Below the pieces are notes generated by a model. That model had not been told where the DNA came from, did no database searches, and saw nothing but the letters and a program-made list of their open reading frames with translations. The translations under genes were made by a program, and so were the position numbers. A stretch of 64,000 bases of DNA, from NCBI GenBank assembly GCA_043822705.1, contig JBDRBK010000082.1, positions 34,565-98,564 of the forward strand, given 5' to 3'. This document shows positions 61,224 to 64,000 of this stretch, one piece after another (the stretch's first letter is position 1; every line of letters starts with the position of its first letter). The DNA comes from Fidelibacterota bacterium. GTDB taxonomy: Bacteria; Fidelibacterota; Marinisomatia; Marinisomatales; TCS56.

Positions 61224-61490
61224 GGATCAAGTCCGATTTGATTCGCGGAAAAAAGTATTCAGCCTTCCGGTCGCGGTTTCAATCGAATGAAATCCAGGCT
61301 GGATGACTGATACAAATTAAGCCATTCGCTAAGTGAAAATCAAAAATATCGTGTTGCTATATATTGGACTGGTTAATGGTGACTTGATAGAACTTTCCGT
61401 ACCCTACGGAAATTAATATATCGACAAACATTGTAATTACAGTACATGCGCATATTGATCAGTACGGAAAATACGGAAATCACAATATTA

Positions 61491-61522
61491 TCATAGGGAC
61501 AACACATGTGTTGTCCCTATGA
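61491..61522. repeat. REP-like perfect palindrome
   Basis: TCATAGGGACAACACATGTGTTGTCCCTATGA is self-complementary; similar to 52952-52979. Confidence 0.75.
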
Positions 61523-61606
61523 AATTTTGGCACAGCCAGTCCGCCGGTCATCGGCTTTCCATCAGGTGAGACAGCTGGTAATCACAACCCTGAAGGGATC
61601 CCCGGA

Positions 61607-61647
61607 GTAACCTTCAAGGTCATAGAGCAAGCGACCTTGAGGGTTGC
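61607..61647. repeat. REP-like hairpin (ACCTTCAAGGT type)
   Basis: GTAACCTTCAAGGTC-N11-GACCTTGAGGGTTGC, 15-bp stem with two G-T pairs. Confidence 0.6.
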
Positions 61648-61655
61648 TGAATCAC

Positions 61656-61761
61656 CATTATTTTCCTTGCCCAGCGCCTTGCAATAACAATAAACTCCCC
61701 CGTCGCACCCGGCGTGGGAGTATCCCCGATGTAATTTATTCCAGCTTGTTTCCGGGAGAGG
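61656..61761 (+). repeat. ~106-bp direct repeat, copy 1 (promoter/leader-like)
   Basis: First 41 bp 37/41 identical to 63583-63623; CCGGGAGAGG at the same offset. Confidence 0.8.
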
Positions 61762-61860
61762 GATGATACTGAAAATGAACACATTCAAATGCCATACTGG
61801 TTTTCACAGACTAAGGGATAATATTCTGAATTATATATATGGAAGATAATAATTGGAGTA

Positions 61861-63390
61861 TTGGCAAGAGAATCTAATACTAGAATAAGGAATTATGTTA
61901 AGGTGTTAAATAGACTCCGGTTCGATTCACGCAAGTTAATGGAACTAGCAGTTAAGGTTATGCGCCAATCTGTGTCGGAATCCCGCAAGGATGGTAAAGT
62001 TGATCCGAAAGTTGGTGTGGTTTTGTATAAACCAGATGGTACTATCGAGACTGCATGCCGTGGAGAGCTCAGACACGGTGATCACGCAGAGTATACGCTG
62101 CTCGAAAGGAAGAATCATGGTAATATATTGGATGGGTCGATTCTTTTTGCAACACTGGAGCCCTGCGCGAAAGGTGCAAGAACGCATCCGAAATTATCTT
62201 GTGCGGAGCGTATTTATCTTGCCCGGATTAAGGAAGTTTGGGTAGGTATCCAAGACCCTGACCCGACGGTCGCACGTAAAGGTATTGGTTATTTAATTCG
62301 CCAGGGTGTGATTGTACATATGTTTGACCGTGACCTTCAGGGTGTTATTGAACAAGAAAACGAAGAATTCCTCAAACAGGCTACGGAACGGGCTACTGAG
62401 ATTAAAGAGGAACCGGGGAAAATCGCGCTATCTCCATTGGAAGACAAATTACTTAATACAGAGATTATTAATTTTTCTGATGATGCTCTGAAAATGTACC
62501 ATCAGAGAGCGAAGATTACCGATATTGTCGGCTCTGATTCGTTCAATTTGCGTCTTCTCCGGCAAGGTCTACTGAAAGAGGAAAATGGTGCTTTATTGCC
62601 TACTGGATTTGGGTATCTTTTATTTGGCAAAGAACCGCGGATGGTGATGCCGCAAGCAGGCTTACTCGGGATCATTCACTATCCAAATGGCGATAAAGAA
62701 CGACGTGAGTTTGACGAACCAACTGTCTTGATTCCCAACCAGCTGGAACAGTGGCTTAAAAATAAACTCCCAAATGTATTTGACCGGAGCCGGGTGCTTC
62801 GTCAAGAACAATCGGCTTTGCCTTTTGAAATGGTTCGTGAGGCCGTGATCAACGCACTCATTCATCGTGATTATAATATTACTGGTGCCAAGTGTCAGCT
62901 CATAGTAACAGAAGATACAGTGACAGTGCAGAGTCCGGGTGGACCGCCATCACCGATCACGTTAAATCAACTCCAGGATTTCAGTGCACCTATGTTGAGC
63001 CGTAACCCGGAACTACACTTTGTTTTTGCGCGGATGGGTTTGGCGGAAGAACAGGGCCTTGGTTTGGCTTCACTTCGGGATCGGGCAAAAGAACTTGGTC
63101 TGCCCCAGCCACAATATTTATGGGATCCACCGTATCTTGTACTCAAATTGTTTCGGTCAGCCGAAGGCGCCGTGATGAGTCTTGAGGAGGACACAATCAA
63201 AGCTTTAAGCAAATCGGAGCAGAAAGGCTGGCAATGGCTTGCTACCCGTGGTAAGACGAAGTCTGGCGAATATGCAGATGCTATGAGAGTTGATTCAAGA
63301 ACTGCTCGACGGCATCTGGGGCATTTTGAGAAACTTGGGCTTGTAAAGAAGACAGGAGCCGGTCCTTCTTTGCAATATAAGGTGATATAG
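61861..63390 (+). CDS. Fusion of RibD/cytidine-deaminase-like Zn domain with HATPase_c_4 (RecG C-terminal-like) and wHTH domains
   Basis: PKVGVVL, HAE, TLEPC..SC, DPDP; LLFGKEP, REAVINALIHRDY, SPGG, SRNP, EEQGLG; C-terminal wHTH RTARRHL..GLVKKTG; TTG start uncertain. Confidence 0.88.
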   Translation: MARESNTRIRNYVKVLNRLRFDSRKLMELAVKVMRQSVSESRKDGKVDPKVGVVLYKPDGTIETACRGELRHGDHAEYTLLERKNHGNILDGSILFATLEPCAKGARTHPKLSCAERIYLARIKEVWVGIQDPDPTVARKGIGYLIRQGVIVHMFDRDLQGVIEQENEEFLKQATERATEIKEEPGKIALSPLEDKLLNTEIINFSDDALKMYHQRAKITDIVGSDSFNLRLLRQGLLKEENGALLPTGFGYLLFGKEPRMVMPQAGLLGIIHYPNGDKERREFDEPTVLIPNQLEQWLKNKLPNVFDRSRVLRQEQSALPFEMVREAVINALIHRDYNITGAKCQLIVTEDTVTVQSPGGPPSPITLNQLQDFSAPMLSRNPELHFVFARMGLAEEQGLGLASLRDRAKELGLPQPQYLWDPPYLVLKLFRSAEGAVMSLEEDTIKALSKSEQKGWQWLATRGKTKSGEYADAMRVDSRTARRHLGHFEKLGLVKKTGAGPSLQYKVI

Positions 63391-63396
63391 CGGTAA

Positions 63397-63490
63397 CCGG
63401 ACATAACCCCGGACAGAATTTCCGGTTTGGTATCATTATAATTGGGAAAAACAGCTACCCGGACATTTTTCCGGACAGAATGTCCGGGTA
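63397..63490. repeat. CCGGACA motif cluster (12-bp-spaced direct repeats plus inverted repeat)
   Basis: CCGGACA at 63397, 63409, 63459, 63471; TACCCGGACATT/AATGTCCGGGTA at 63456-63490. Confidence 0.7.
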
Positions 63491-63582
63491 AAAATTGGAG
63501 TACCAATAAATATGAACTTGATATTATCAAAGTTTGAGTGGCGCTAGTTGACGAACTCCATTACTCCACTACTCCAACTCTT

Positions 63583-63688
63583 CATTATTTCCCTTGCCCA
63601 ACGCCTTGAAAAAACAATAAACTTTGCCGTTGCACCGGTTTCGGAAATCACGCTGTTGCTGATTATTGTCTATAGATACCGGGAGAGG
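63583..63688 (+). repeat. ~106-bp direct repeat, copy 2
   Basis: Matches 61656-61761; preceded by ACTCCA short tandem repeats at 63555-63580. Confidence 0.8.
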
Positions 63689-64000
63689 ATATTTATCAAG
63701 AATTGTTAAGCGGGATAATAAAAGAATTGATAAAGAATATTATGGTTTGTGTGGCCTGAAAACTCTTCATAACTAATAGTTATAGAGAAAAAATCATGTC
63801 CAATATATTCCTTCCACTACGATCAAATGCAGGTTGGTTTCACAATCAAAGTACTAGGTCCGCCGCGATTTTTGAACGATGTCGCATAAGCAGCATTTAA
63901 TTCGCTATAATCCATTTCCGGTTAATTGGCAATGATTCTGATTTGACCAGTAAAGTCTACGTTGGTTACGTTGACCGATCAATCGTTTTTTTCTTTCCTT

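Noticed and set aside
61582..61788. 68-aa minus-strand ORF overlapping the direct repeat
   Set aside because: The second repeat copy hits stop codons right after the shared segment; the conservation fits a non-coding promoter or structural element better
61861..62400. ribD (riboflavin biosynthesis)
   Set aside because: No reductase domain or rib genes; fused instead to HATPase_c_4/wHTH
61656..63688. Integron attC sites
   Set aside because: No recognisable RYYYAAC/GTTRRRY ends and no integrase in the window
63690..64000. Start of a further gene at the right edge
   Set aside because: Only short frames; nothing supportable

Overview
Bacterial genomic window, probably from a diderm FCB-group organism outside the classical Bacteroidota (Marinimicrobia/KSB1/Calditrichota-like). 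This is inferred from PorV-type genes and T9SS C-terminal domains occurring without SusD. 1-21 kb is a mostly AT-richer surface locus: two PorV/UPF0164-type barrels, a TonB-dependent receptor, lipoproteins and T9SS cargo, then two tandem [TolB-like beta-propeller + secreted Amidase_3] pairs, an apparently catalytically dead YiiX-like lipoprotein and a convergent secreted GHL10 hydrolase. Together these suggest a SusD-less peptidoglycan-foraging locus. 21-61 kb is mostly housekeeping: htpG, tandem gap genes (the first lacks the catalytic Cys), acetoacetate-CoA ligase, rsgA, a 42-bp tandem repeat, PPi-PFK/fba, two phosphate-transport modules, thiamine salvage, a TetR-MMPL-LolA-like-DUF1302 cluster, rubrerythrin/bacterioferritin, and a nine-gene CoA+NAD biosynthesis superoperon. 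The window ends with an AT-rich, repeat-flanked islet encoding a Zn-deaminase fused to the HATPase_c_4/wHTH body normally found behind AlbA_2/Schlafen domains, a candidate undescribed defence/conflict protein. No rRNA, tRNA, CRISPR array or transposase was seen. All family calls come from motif recognition by eye; no database searches were run.
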